Positions 48,279-61,312 of a stretch of 64,000 nt of DNA are shown in pieces. The notes under the pieces were generated by a model, which searched no databases, was not told the DNA's origin, and saw only the letters and a list, made by a program, of their open reading frames with translations. Both the position numbers and the translations under genes were made by a program. Origin of the DNA: Sphagnum compactum (taxonomy: Eukaryota); contig OZ234493.1 in NCBI GenBank assembly GCA_965153455.1, positions 15,862,213 to 15,926,212 on the forward strand. The letters run 5' to 3'. How positions within the stretch are numbered: position 1 is the first letter of the stretch; every line of letters starts with the position of its first letter.

Positions 48279-51200
48279 TTCGGGTGTATTTGGAGGGCAC
48301 CTTGCCAAGCAAAATGTCTTGTTTTAGTTTGGAATAAATATTTCATGTAAAATCCCTATAAGCTTTTCATAAATTTCATTGGTTGTTAGGTAGGTGAGGA
48401 CACCATCACAAACTTCTTGGGCCATGATTTGGGAATAGTGAAATCTAATTTTTTTAAACATGATATTATTTAAACATGGATATTGTGTGTTTAAAACAAA
48501 TATGAATCACATACAAGTAGGTTGTAAGATCTTATTGTAATTTGAAAAAACTCATCCTATAAATATGCATTATTCATATGTGCTTTAGATGTATAACATA
48601 CTTGCTTAAATGGTACAACCCTTTGAAAAAGTAAAATTCGCAATATTATTGCCAAACGATGGCCTAAAAAATTTTCCACCTTAGACCTTGAGTGTTGGCC
48701 TTGGTTCGTCAAGCAAAATGCATTAATAATAGTGCCTTCCCTTAAACATAACATATGGATATCAGGCCCCAACATTGACACAAATGACTTTTAGTTTCAA
48801 GAATTCTTTTTGATGGAAATATTTTTCCATCTTGTTCAAGTAGACCGCAATCTCTTACTTTGATTATTGTTTCACAACATCCATTTTCATTCTAATTCCA
48901 TGATTCATTTTGATCAATTGTACCAAATTTTATAGTCATAAAGGGCTTCAATGAAGCTTGATCATGTGGGATTAAATTCAACTTGTTGAACAAGTTCACC
49001 TTGCCCCTTAAAGTTCAACATGCAAACTTTGAACAATGTGTTGGCATTTGAATCCTTTACATCTATTACCATTTCTTATTGTTCATGCATCCTTTACATT
49101 TTCATGTTCTTTCCCAAAATGCAATCAACCAAGCCTTGAAGGTTCATCATATTTTCATTTCAACAAATGTTTGAGACTTCAGGTACAAACTTTGATCTTC
49201 CATATTGCTTTTAGCATGTACCTCATTAGGTCCATAACAATGTACAACTGCACCATATGGTTATTGAAAATGGAGGCATTGGTAGTTTTCACTTGTCACA
49301 TCATTTTCCATTCGAGATCCAACACATCAAATTAAAGTGTTTATCATTTGTTTCCATGTGCAAAGGTTGATGTCATACATCAAATTGGGTTTCCAACCTT
49401 GTCATAACATAAAATTTAACACCTCCATATATTCATGAATGACATTGTTAGCATGATCGACAACATCGCACTTTCAGTTCATTGTCAATCACTTTTAGTT
49501 TCTTCTTAATTTAGTCATGGGCCGCACATGGGGACAAAGCTTCTATGGAAGTTTTTTTGAGTTAGGTCCCCAAGCGGTATAAATAGAGGTAGGACTTTTA
49601 ATTATCTTTAATTTGTTCAACACCAATTTTGGGTACTTTTTTTTGTCACAACCTTGTTTTATTCTTGTTTCATTCTTGCTATAAAATCTTATTGGATTCT
49701 TGTTTTGCACATGTTGTGTTCTTGTTATTGTTTTTTTCATTTCATGATTTAGATTTGGAACTAGGCATGCATATGTTTTCATCTTGGATTAAGAAATTCT
49801 GTAAACTTGGTTGTTTTTGTGTTCGTTACAATATATGTGATTAGTTGAATTAAGTATTCACATATCCCCTATTTAAGGCACATCTTGTTCAAATAACTAT
49901 GGTGAATACATACGGGTGAAAATCCTTTAAAGTGTACCACATAAGATGAAAAGGGCCTAGTCCTTATTGCAGTCCTTTTTAACCTTATATTTCGATCCCC
50001 ATAAAAAATAATGAATCAAAAGTTGTCAAAATTTTAAAAGGATTATATTTTAAAGCATTAAAATTCTAGATTCCATCATAATCATCCATAAACATGTCTT
50101 TACGTGCTAAAAAAGACGTGGTAAAAAAGATAGAAAATGGTGACATTGTGACAAAATTTTGGTACATCTTAAAGAATTTGAACCCATAACCTTAAATTTG
50201 TTGATAGACAAATGGTTCCAAACTAACAATTTGATTATGAAAAAATATATACAATTAAAAAATAATAATGCATTCATTGTGAGTAGTGGGCTTTTGAAAA
50301 TTGAAAATATGGATTTGGAACTTGATTGGGATATTAAAAAATGAGGAATTAATATTGAATTCATTTTAAATCATTTGTAATGATTAAATGTGCGTTGAGA
50401 ATTGTCATAATAAAATCATACTTCAAACCATTTTCTTTAAAACCTTAATCAATTTGTAGTTATGGACTTGTGAATGGGTCAAAATTGGACCTTTTTTCAT
50501 AAGTCCTTTTTAAATGGGTTTTTTTCATTTTCTCAACCTTTTTTTTCTTTCAAGAACATGTTTTTAAAATTTGTATTTGGGGTCTTGTTCATGGGGAAGT
50601 TTTTTTTTGAAGACTTGCAAATTGTCTACCATAGAATATCATATTAGTGTTGTTAGTTTTGACTTAGGTTTGATAATATTCATAGGGGGATGAACATTTA
50701 TTTTGACATTTAAAAAATTAACAACCATGTTTAATTGAACATTTTTTACAAACTTGAATGGAGTGTTGTATTTGCCAAAAACGAGTCACAATATTGTGCA
50801 TAAATCTTACATTTATTAGGAGAAAAAATAAATTGGTTATTGAAAATGGAAGCATTGATAGTTTGAGTTCATAAACAAACAACAAGTTGATGATGTTGAG
50901 AATCAAAGGTGTGGTGACATGCAACATTTTTGGCAAGGTTTTTAATGTGCTTCTTCTAGAAGCTTTGGGAAGAAAAGGAAGGGGAGTTTGTTGATTTTTG
51001 AATAGGCAATATAATACTATGCTTAGTTGCTTGAAAGATGTAAAATAACATGAAGTGAATAAAGAGTTGTGAAGATACACGATTGGACAATGTATTGGTT
51101 GCATTAAAATGATCAATTTGATATATCTCCCAATTTTATAATACAAAATGTCATTACCCGTTGCACATTACATGAATGTATGGACACGTGTTGTATGTCT

Positions 51201-52776
51201 ATAGTGGTCTTGATGAATTTCAATGCACTTTTGCTATGCATCTAATCAATTGAGTTCACTTTGAGGTGAATGGGATCATATGTGGTGTGAGTTATGTTGG
51301 TTGATAAAATATTGTGATTCATATGTGTGTTGTTAGTCAATTTGTGTGCAATTGAACGTTAACATAAAAAAATAGCTTTTGCATCTTATGGTTGGTTAAT
51401 GACAATGTTGTAGGTGTGTCTGATTGATCATTGAGCTCAAATTGACAACGTAAATCCATGCATGTGTGGGAATGGATAAAAGAAAAACATTTCTATTCCA
51501 TTCTTTTAAATCCACAAATTCCTATTTGTTCCACATTGTTGCTTTGTTTGTGTGCACTATTTGAGTTTTTAATTGATTGAAAATATCAATGTGTTGTGCG
51601 GTGGGTGGTTTGTTAGATAGATTTGATTTTTTGCACCAACCCATAAGTTAAAACATTGAGACAATTGATGACCAATACAATTTAATAGTTCAAAAGGAGC
51701 TTGGTGAACTAATTGTTGAATTAATACCATGCCTATGACTAATGTTAAACACAAAATAATTTGCAAAAGGTTTAGCAAAGAAAAAGAAGAACTTTATATT
51801 TGATATTTGTTGAAATTGTTGACAATCAAACCCCCAACTTGTGATTTTTTTTTAAAAATCATGAACAATGGGTTACTATTGGGTGCACTCATACTAATGC
51901 ATACACAAGCAATTGTAACCATTGCTTAGTTTTGTGTATTTAAAAAAATATATAAAAAACTCCAAATATAATTGCTTTTACATAATGTTATTTTCAATAT
52001 ATTGGTATATATATTCTAAAATTTTGAAATCAATCTAATCAATGAAAAATACCTTAAAGCACTTTGAAAACATTGTAATTAGTGCTTTTAAATAGTAAAA
52101 GGATTTGTAAATGGACTTGATTTTTTTTAATGACATATTTAAAACAAAGTTTTGATGTAAACCATAACATAATAGTGTAATGAAAAATTTCAAGGTTTTT
52201 CAAGAATTTTTTAAAGAATTTTGTTCAAAATATTCCAAGAATAGGTAGTCACCCAAGGTAGCAGGTGTAGTTCTTAATATCCTATTTGTGCCCAAATACA
52301 CAACAATTTTTTTACTTTGCATACTTGGTCCTTAATTATTGAAATTCTGGAAATTTAAATTTGATAATTTCTAACCATTTTCTAAAATAAACAAAATTTC
52401 AATAAAGAAATGTTGACCATCATCATAGTTATGGTAATATGATTAACCTAAGATCATTGTCATTGTTAAGAAATAACTATAAGACCACCTTTGTGTTTTC
52501 TAGGAGGGATATCCATGGATACATTAGGCAATTTTTCCACATGTTTTATGAATTTAAACTTGTACATAAGTTACTAATATATATTTTTTATTGTTATATT
52601 TAAATTAAGTTTCTTAGGGTAGTCAAATAGTTAATTTTGGAGCCAAAAATCATTTTTTTGCATTCTTCAAACCTCAATTTTCATCTAATGAAAATCAACA
52701 ATTCCTAATTTCAAAGGTTTTCAATGTTTTGGATTTTACACTTTTTAAAACATTACTTGTATGTTAAGGTCCATAC

Positions 52777-53213
52777 TAGTGTTGGTAAATCTTTACTTTT
52801 ATGAAAACCTTCGATTCTAGTTCAAATTTTAAACAAGAAATTAAAATAAGTCCAATTCTAGTTCTACACTAATGGAATGAGGATTTTTTTTTCTTTAAAA
52901 AAAAGTTTTCATTTTGGTTTCATCGTTGGTTTTCAATATTAGTCCTTATTTGAATTTGGTTTTTACTAACTTAGACTCACACCAATGGTTAACCACCAAT
53001 TTTGGTCACTTTTCTTTTCAAAAAAAAAATCAAATTTTAAATTTTTTGATTCCACACATAAATAGAATTGATAACTCAGTTTTAAGTTCAATTTTTAAAA
53101 GTTGAAATTTTTATTTTTCTTTTGAAAATCAGATTTGATTCCAATTCAACTCATTTTGACCAAATTAGAATTGATGGTTCTAACATGCCAAACTAAGTAC
53201 CCACCCAACATTG
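52777..53213. mobile_element. 437 bp hAT-type MITE
   Basis: Ends TAGTGTTGG and CCCAACATTG. Flanks GTCCATAC and GTCTATAA match 6/8. The right end resembles sequence at about 1404-1455 in inverted orientation. Confidence 0.6.
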
Positions 53214-53964
53214 GTCTATAAACCATATTCCATACTTGCCAATTCAGAAGGTTTTCAAGTAGTTTGAAACAATATCAATATTTCTTACCTACCTAATAAC
53301 GAAGCTATTATTATGTTCACACTTGGTGGTAGCCCCAAAAAGTTAGGGCTAAAAGTTAGGTTCACATTAGGTTAAGAGTTGGGGTTAATAACTTTTTGTT
53401 AACGTTTTAACAAAAAGGAATTCTTTGTTAGGAATTCTTTTAGCCTTTAGCCTATTGTCGTTATACCTAACTAGCTTTTGGTTTACAAGGAAACTATGTA
53501 CCAACAAATGCCAACCTTTGTTCATGATGAGAACCCAAAAAGTTTGTGGCATTTAGCAAATGAGTATCATTGCCAAATTTGTCATTCACTTTTTATTCAT
53601 TTCTTTTAAAGTTATCCATTGATTTTGCTTGTCAATGTTTTGGTGTCATCACAAGTTTTTTTTTCATTTCATTAATGCTTTTGTGTTTCATGCATTGTTA
53701 AGTGTTCTACAATTTCAAGCTTACAATTATGCACTGATTTTGTTTTTTTGTTAAAGTTGTCATGGTGTTTTTCCTTGAATGATGTGCCTTTTCAACAATT
53801 CTATTTCTTTCATTATTTCTTTTGAGTTGCAACATCACTGCTACATTTCTCTTTGCTATTTTTTTTCAAGCTTAACAATCACTATGTTTGTATTTTAATA
53901 TTTTTTCCAACACCACATTGTAATGTTTTATGTTTTGTGTTAAACTATATATAGATTGTGTTTT

Positions 53965-54260
53965 CCCTAGAAGAAAATTGAGTTTTTGTAACAATCAATT
54001 TGTGACTACTTGCGACTATTTGTCATTTGTGACTATCATTGGTTATTTCTTCAACTACTTTTTACATTTGGTTTTGCTTGCAACTACATTGCAACTACCT
54101 TGCAACTGCATTACAACTACCTTGTAACTAATGTTTTTTTCATTCTTCCATTTGAACAATTTTTAACATGGTTTTCATCCAAGAAGACCCATTTATGTTC
54201 CATTATTTGCAAATGTAATCAAATGAGTTGCAACCCTATGTGTACTCAAAACGTATTTTG
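53965..54260 (+). repeat. GCAACTA-rich degenerate repeat, probable CACTA subterminal region
   Basis: CCCTAGAAGAAAATTGAG resembles CACTACAAGAAATTGTG at 17522 on the minus strand. Many (G)CAACTA(C) motifs follow. Confidence 0.45.
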
Positions 54261-55609
54261 CGTATTCCAAGGTGTATGAATTTATAATGGTATACAATAT
54301 GTATTTTACTCAATAATATATGGGTGGATAATAAGATAAACATCTGTATTTGAGGGGTGATGTATAATATTTGTATTTTTTACATAAATTATTATTATTA
54401 TTAGTCATAAAAATAATTTAGTATTAAAATAAATTAATTACTACAATAATGTAACATTATTGTAGAAACACTATAATGATAGTAATTATAAATTAATTAT
54501 AATAAATATATAATTTAAAATTGAAGTTAATATTCATAATTTCTGATTTTTATTTTAAATTATGATTAAAAATATTCATAGTAATTTTATTGTAAAAAGA
54601 TCATTTGATGTTAATTATTTGTGATTATAGTAATTAAATTACATTAAATTATTAAATTTATTTATTATAATCACTTATCTAAAATAAAAGTATTATTATA
54701 ACATAAAATTTTACACTAATTAGTACCATTTTTACATTATTAATAACATTTCTATTAGTAAAAAAATTAATTACACTAAAACTATTGTAATTACACTATT
54801 AATACATTAATTAAAGAAGTGGAAATTTTTATAATTAAAGAATATTAATAATTTATATATTATAATTAAAAAAATTTATAGTGATGGAAATAGAATATTA
54901 ATGTAATTATTATAATTTTGTGATTATATTACAATAAATAGTTTTTAAAGTTAGGTGCCCTTAGGAAGTAATTTCGTTAGGGAAACAAAAATTAAATGTT
55001 AATTTTAAGCAAGTTCCCAATGGAGTAAAAAAAATTCTTTAGTGAAAAATACAACTTCCCCAGGGAACAATAATTTTCAATAGGGAAGGGCCTATGTTCC
55101 TTGGGGAGAAAGGCACCTTTCACAAAAAACAATGTACTTTCCCTAAGGAAAGGCTCAAATTCTTTGGGGAAACATATGTTTTTGAATCGTTTAGCAATCA
55201 CAATCATCGCACATTTGTTTTTATATAGTTTGATATATCACCTATCAATTGAAAGTCTCAAGGATAATTACAACTTTGTAGTTGGAAACACTTCAATCAA
55301 TTCATATGCAAAAATTATGATCAAACAAAATTTTGCACACATTTGTTCCATGGGGTAACATGGTTGCTCCCTTAGGCAATTTAAACCTTTGCTCCCTTGG
55401 GCATATGGTTGCTCCCTTGGGCAATTTAAGCTCATTTTCCCCGGAGACATGATCGTTCACCAGGGGAAAAAAAGTTTAAGTTGGTCCTTGGGGCACCAAA
55501 AATTGCTTCTCCCCATGGACATGATTGTTCTCGAGGGTAAAACGAACTCCTTTGGGGAACAATAAACTTTCCTTGGGAAAGGCCCAAGTTCCCTTAGGAC
55601 ACATACTTT

Positions 55610-55800
55610 ATTCCTTGGCCAATTCAACACTAATTATATTATTTTCAAAAATGTTGAAATTTTCAAAAAATATTTCTTCCAAATCAAAAAATATTGTGAA
55701 GGAAAATAATGAATATTTAGGAATATTTCGTTTGTTGAAATGAATTTTTCAAAATGAATTATTTATTTAACGAACATGTGTTGAAATGGCCAAGGTATTA
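55610..55800. mobile_element. About 190 bp MITE, copy 2 (inverted homologue of 1509-1699)
   Basis: CCTTGGCCAATTCAACAC...GTGTTGAAATGGCCAAGG, with an interior alignable by eye to the reverse complement of copy 1. Confidence 0.75.
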
Positions 55801-56834
55801 CAATATGTTCCAAAATTTTTAGCAATCATAGTCATTCCATTTTTTGTTTATATAGGCCTGCGACATATCATTGGAAAGGTCTCAAGGAAAACTACAACTT
55901 TGTGATTAAAAATAGTTCAATCAAAATTCATATGCAAAAGTTACGATCACACAAAATTTCGAACACATTTGGCCCTAGGAACATAATATGCTAAATTATC
56001 GTGTCTATTATTTATGGTTACATATTTAAAATATATTATTATTATTAGTACATATATTTTAATAGGAATAATGAATAGTTTTAATAAAAATTAAGTATTG
56101 TAATCAATGGCTAATTATTGTAAAATAATTTTAATTAAATAATTCATATATCAATTATAGTAGTTTTGTAATTTATAATGGAGCTTAATTAATCATGATT
56201 TTAAATTTAAAGTTATTAATTTTGAATCTAATTAAAAAACTTTATAGTAATTTTACTGTTATTACACTAATTAATATATTTCTAGTGATTATAACACAAT
56301 AAATTAAAGTATTCATTTTTTATAATTACTTATATACAATAAAATACTTTTATTATGTCATAATTTTTTTGAGTAGTGTTTTTGTAATTAGTAGAACTAA
56401 TTATTGTAATTCTATATATTATTTTATTTAGCATTTATAATTACTTATTTATAGTTAATATTTAATATTACAATTCAAAATTTTATACTAAGTGTTGATA
56501 CTAATTGACAAAAAATTAGTTTACAGTAATTAATATTAATTATTATGTATACATAATATTAAATGTTTTAGTATAATAGTTAAAAATAGTTATAACCAGT
56601 GAAATAATAATGTGAATAATAATACAATACCTAGCCTAGGTCACAATATAAAGATTAATATTATTCTTGGTTATTTATTATTACATTTAATATTCCTTAT
56701 ACCAAATGCAAAAAAAAATCAAAATAACAATAATAAAGTAGCTAATTTAGGATAGTTATTAGTTAAATTATTAATAATATTATTACATAAAATTATTCAT
56801 TATTAATTTTAAATATTTATTAATTAAAATACTA

Positions 56835-56868
<34 letters not shown>

Positions 56869-57169
56869 TTAGATTCAATATTGATTAATGACTTTAATAT
56901 TGATTAATTAGATTTTATAACGTTATAATTAACATTTAAAAAATTATTAAATTTTCATTTTAATATATTTAATAATATTTTAATTAATTTATTAATTACA
57001 TAATTATGTAACTAAAAATTATTGATGTCGATGTTGAAGGCAAGATTACAACATTGGAAGAACTAGTGGGGAATGGATGGCAGCTTGAGAGCGAAAAAAT
57101 GATGTTTGAAGCCTTAAGAGATGTGGCCATCTTGCACAAATGATTTTTAATTTTGAATTATAAATGAGT

Positions 57170-58150
57170 ACAAAGGTTAGGGATTAGGTAAAGGCTAGGA
57201 GCACCACATGGTATTCAAATTTCTTGATGACACAATATAACAACAAGAGGTGGGTTGAACATTTTCAAATCACCAAAGAGATTATTTTGCAACTTATAGA
57301 AAAATTCAATTCCTTGATTAAAAAGAAAGATTCAAAATACATAGCTACCATTCATGTTGGCATCAAGGGTGTTGATTCCCTTTACAAATTGTCCCATGGA
57401 ATTGATACATTCAATATAGCAAATTGTTTGCAATTGGCTAAGTCCTTGGTGAATATAGTTTTCTATGGATTTATGTGTTATTAACAAATTTTACCAAAGT
57501 TAGATATGGTGGCCATGAGGGGATGATGTTTTTAGGTCGTGGTTGGTTTCAAAGAGTTTTATGGACTTCAATAAGTTTGTGGTGAAATTGATTGCGTTCA
57601 AACCCACATTCAAAAACCTGTTGGTATAACTAATCTTGCAAATTATTTTTCTTACAATTTAGATCTTATAGTATGCAATTATAAATTTTTGATTAGGAGA
57701 AACGGTTTCAAGATGTCTTTTGTAGCATTGCCAAGTTCCATGAATGATTCCAAAATCTTTTGACATTTTAAGATTTACCAAAATGGAACATACCATGGAT
57801 TTTTTTAGCCTAGAACATGGATCTCGAACCAATATCTATCCATTATACATTCTTGGGGAAAAGGGCTACCCACTCTTACCTTGGTTCATGACTCTTCATA
57901 AGTAGAATGCAAATGTTTTAGGCATACCTTTTTAAAGGTTTATTACAATATACATATTTCTACGAGGAGGAATGTAATAGAAAATTCCTTTTGGATTCTC
58001 AAGAAAACCTTTAGAAAATCATTGTTCAAAAAAATGTTCATGTCTTTTTTCTTTTGTGTGTTATCACTTGTTGCCTACGTGTTAAATAATTTGATTTCAA
58101 ATGGGAGGGAGCTAGATATTGATGTGTTAATGGTTCAATTGGAATAAGAG
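57170..58150 (+). mobile_element. Degenerate PIF/Harbinger (HARBI1/ALP1-type) transposase remnant
   Basis: VKARSTTW...RWVEHFQITK...LIKKKDSKY...LYKLSHG, then GEIDCVQTHIQKP, PSSMNDSKIF, YILGEKGYPLLPWFMT and RNVIENSF. Same family as 11950-12900. Confidence 0.85.
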
Positions 58151-58975
58151 AATCAACCAAATCAACAATGTGCAACAAGGAAGGATGAAAACAATGCAAT
58201 AGACATGGGAAGAGGCATTGTTGTGTGCCCTTATGTTAGCACTTACAACCATCACTTCCACCACACATAACATAAAAATACCCTAAATGGCACATTATGT
58301 CCAAATAGATTTTAGAATACATAGGTTTTATTGTTGCAATTTCCTATGTTATGTAAATTTCTATTGCACAATTTTTGTTGGGTTTTGCTTTGTGTTTTCT
58401 GGGCTTGGATTTCTCAACAACTTTTTGAGGAATATTTAGGGAATAGGTGAGGACATTGAGAATAAGAAAATGTTGTCTTGACACGAATGTTCATTGAGGA
58501 GCCACCATAGTAGAACATCTACAATCTTCACAACAATTTTGAACTATGGTGGAGGGTTTTGCAATTTGTGCGAACGATGGTGGAGTGTCGCTCATCTTCA
58601 CAACAATGGTAGCCCGATAGAATGAAATGTTCTTAACGATGGCATAAGCATTAGAGGTGATGTTAGAACCTTTGATTAGAGACCATGTCAAAGACTATGT
58701 AATAGCATTAGTAGTTCGGTTTTACAATCAATTAGTTATCGATGATGTTAACAACGAAATTTTTCATAATTCCTAGATTTTGGATGTCATGCCGATACCT
58801 CTAATTTCTACCCTAACTCTAAATGGAGCAATAATGACAGGGCTACCATGTCAGCTGCTAGGTCAGCAATCTATCCACAACAGGTTGCAAGTTTGAACAT
58901 GGTTTACTATTTTAAAGTTTTATCAATCCTGCAATTTCCATGTCTGAAACAGACCACATGCTATATAGTTTATGA

Positions 58976-59240
58976 CCTAACTTACCTATGAATAATAAAT
59001 AAATAAATAAATGAATAAACAAATAAATAAAGGAAAATCAACCCGCAAGGGAAGAAGAGAAGAAAAAAATAAAGGACCTAACTTGAAAATTTTTTTATGA
59101 AAAATTTGTTGTTAACATAAAAAATATAAACCTAACTTACCTAACTTACCTATGAATAAAAAATAAATAAATAAATAAATAAATGAATAAAGGAAAAACA
59201 CCGGGCAAGGGAAGAAGAGAAGAAAAAAAAGAAAGGACCG
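58976..59240. repeat. Direct duplication of about 100 bp with (TAAA)n
   Basis: CCTAACTTACCTATGAATAA...GCAAGGGAAGAAGAGAAGAAAAAAA...AAAGGACC occurs at about 58976 and 59140. Confidence 0.8.
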
Positions 59241-60489
59241 AATTCCAAACAAAAAGACCAAACCCCGAAAGTGCAGAAAGAACTCTTTAGGAAGAAAGAA
59301 AGGGGTGGGTTATCTAGTAGGTTGACATGGAGGTGCAAGTAAAGTAGAAAGAAAAGTTCGTAGGTTTTTTTTTACCCAGCCTTTTTTCTTTTAATGATCT
59401 AGGCTAGTACTACCCCTTTACTCCAAGAAAGCAAAATTTCAGGCAATAATTACACTTGGCTGACACGTTTGTCTCTTTTTTCTTGTATCTTCATCAAGGG
59501 AAGGCCTAAAAAAAAAATTAAAAAAAAAGAAAAAGGATCCCAATGCCCATTCCTAATAAAGTGAATGATCTCACCTATGATTTCTCAATTGACTTTTGAT
59601 TCCAAAGTTTAATTTTATTTATTAAAAAATATTATTCAGTTTGGCCTAGTTATAGAGAATTTACATTTAAAAACCTTATGAGAGACGTCTAAAATGAACA
59701 CAATTTATATAAAATAAGGAAAAAATAAGGATAAAAACTTTATCCTTATTTTATTAGGCATATTTATTCATTTTGGGGTAATTATTGAATAAAAGAACCT
59801 AAGATCTCTCAATTGAATTGAATTTTCCTTTTTTAATTTTAGAATTAAAAAAATAAAATCATCTTGGCCTGAATTGTGAATGAGAGAGAACCTATGATGT
59901 ATTGATTGACTTTTGATAATTGATTTCAAAGTTTTTAATTCTATTTATTAAAAGAAAACATATTTATTCAGTTTTGGCTTTTGGCCATCATCTCCAAAAT
60001 CAAGTACCCTAAGCTGGAAATACTCTTGGGGATGAGTGATCCCCTAAAGAGATCACCAAAGACAAATGAAAAATAAAATAAAAATCATCAATAATCCAAT
60101 AAAAATAAATAATAAATAAATAAAAAAGAAAAGAAAAAGGATATGGATGTATGGATTTATAAAATAAAAGCCCAACTCATAAAAGTGTGTGTTAGGGTGG
60201 GTAGTACTTGAACTTTAAAAATGTCAAAAAATTAAATTAAAAAGTAAGGTCCCAATAAAGTCACTTACAACCAGCTCCTAAATCTTTTATTTTATTTTAC
60301 TTTATTTTTACGGTGGCGTTGGTGGGGGGGGGGGGGGCCAGTCCGGGTTCACTTTGGCCCATTATTAACTGACAGAAAATATTCCATTCCAATCCAACCG
60401 TCCCTAAGTGACACTTCGGGCTTAGATCCAACGGTGTGTGAACAAATAGCCTATACGGTGGTGGTACTCCGTATGCGGTGAGGCTATAC

Positions 60490-60875
60490 ATCCATACACC
60501 CCATACGTCGTATGCACTGCGTATTCTAATTATGAGAAGGGACCATTCCTTATATCATATATATACTCCGTATTTTAATGATGAGAACCCTATGTCGTAT
60601 ATAATACGTAAAGAATACGTAAACAATATACGGGATATAGGGATATATTATAGGAAGGAAAAGTTATACATGGATCAAAACCGTACATCGTATATAATTC
60701 GTATATTAATGATGAGAAGGGATCATCCATATCTGGTATATACGCAGTGTATTTAATGATGAGGCAGGGAGCACCCACTATACATCGTATATTCCGAGTA
60801 TTGTGATGATGAGACAGGGATCATCTACTATACATGGTATATACCGTGTATTTCAGTGATGTACGAGGGCGTATC
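60490..60875 (+). repeat. About 48-50 bp degenerate tandem array upstream of glycerol kinase
   Basis: TACATCGTATAT...GTATT.TAATGATGAGA(A)GGGA.CA.CC-like units, with (G)ATGAG anchors at about 60532, 60581, 60712, 60759, 60809 and a variant at 60858. Confidence 0.8.
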
Positions 60876-61312
60876 TTGTCTGACAATGGAAGCCAAAGAG
60901 GAAACGCGAGCGAGCGACTTCTCCACTCTCGCTGAAGTCCTGCCGCTGCTCGCGAATCCTCGCGATTTTTGCTCTGGAAAATCTTCTCTCATCACGGCTC
61001 GACGCAAGCTTACAGCAAAGATTTCGAAGAATTGAAGAGAGAAGCTCTTGAACGAGTGTCTTCAACTCGGTTGACAAACTATATCGAGAGAGAAAAGCGC
61101 ACAAAAGAGTAGAACACGTGAGTGAACACGTGAGGAAGAAGAAGAAGGAAGTTGGAGACGGAATCTGGAGCAGATAAGGATTCGAGTTGTAGAGGAGATC
61201 GAGATCGAGATCGAGAAGAGAATATAGAAGAGAGTGAGAGAGAGAGAAAGAGACAGAGAGACAGAGTGTTTAGGAGTTGGGGGAGAGAGGTTGGAGAGGG
61301 GTACTACCAGTG

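Noticed and set aside
48300..51900. Possible further hAT-like transposase fragments (e.g. SMLGP at about 48765-48780, minus strand)
   Set aside because: Too degenerate to support by eye; a translated profile search is needed.
57170..58150. Domesticated ALP1/HARBI1-like host gene
   Set aside because: Multiple stops, frameshifts and eroded catalytic motifs indicate a dead transposase.
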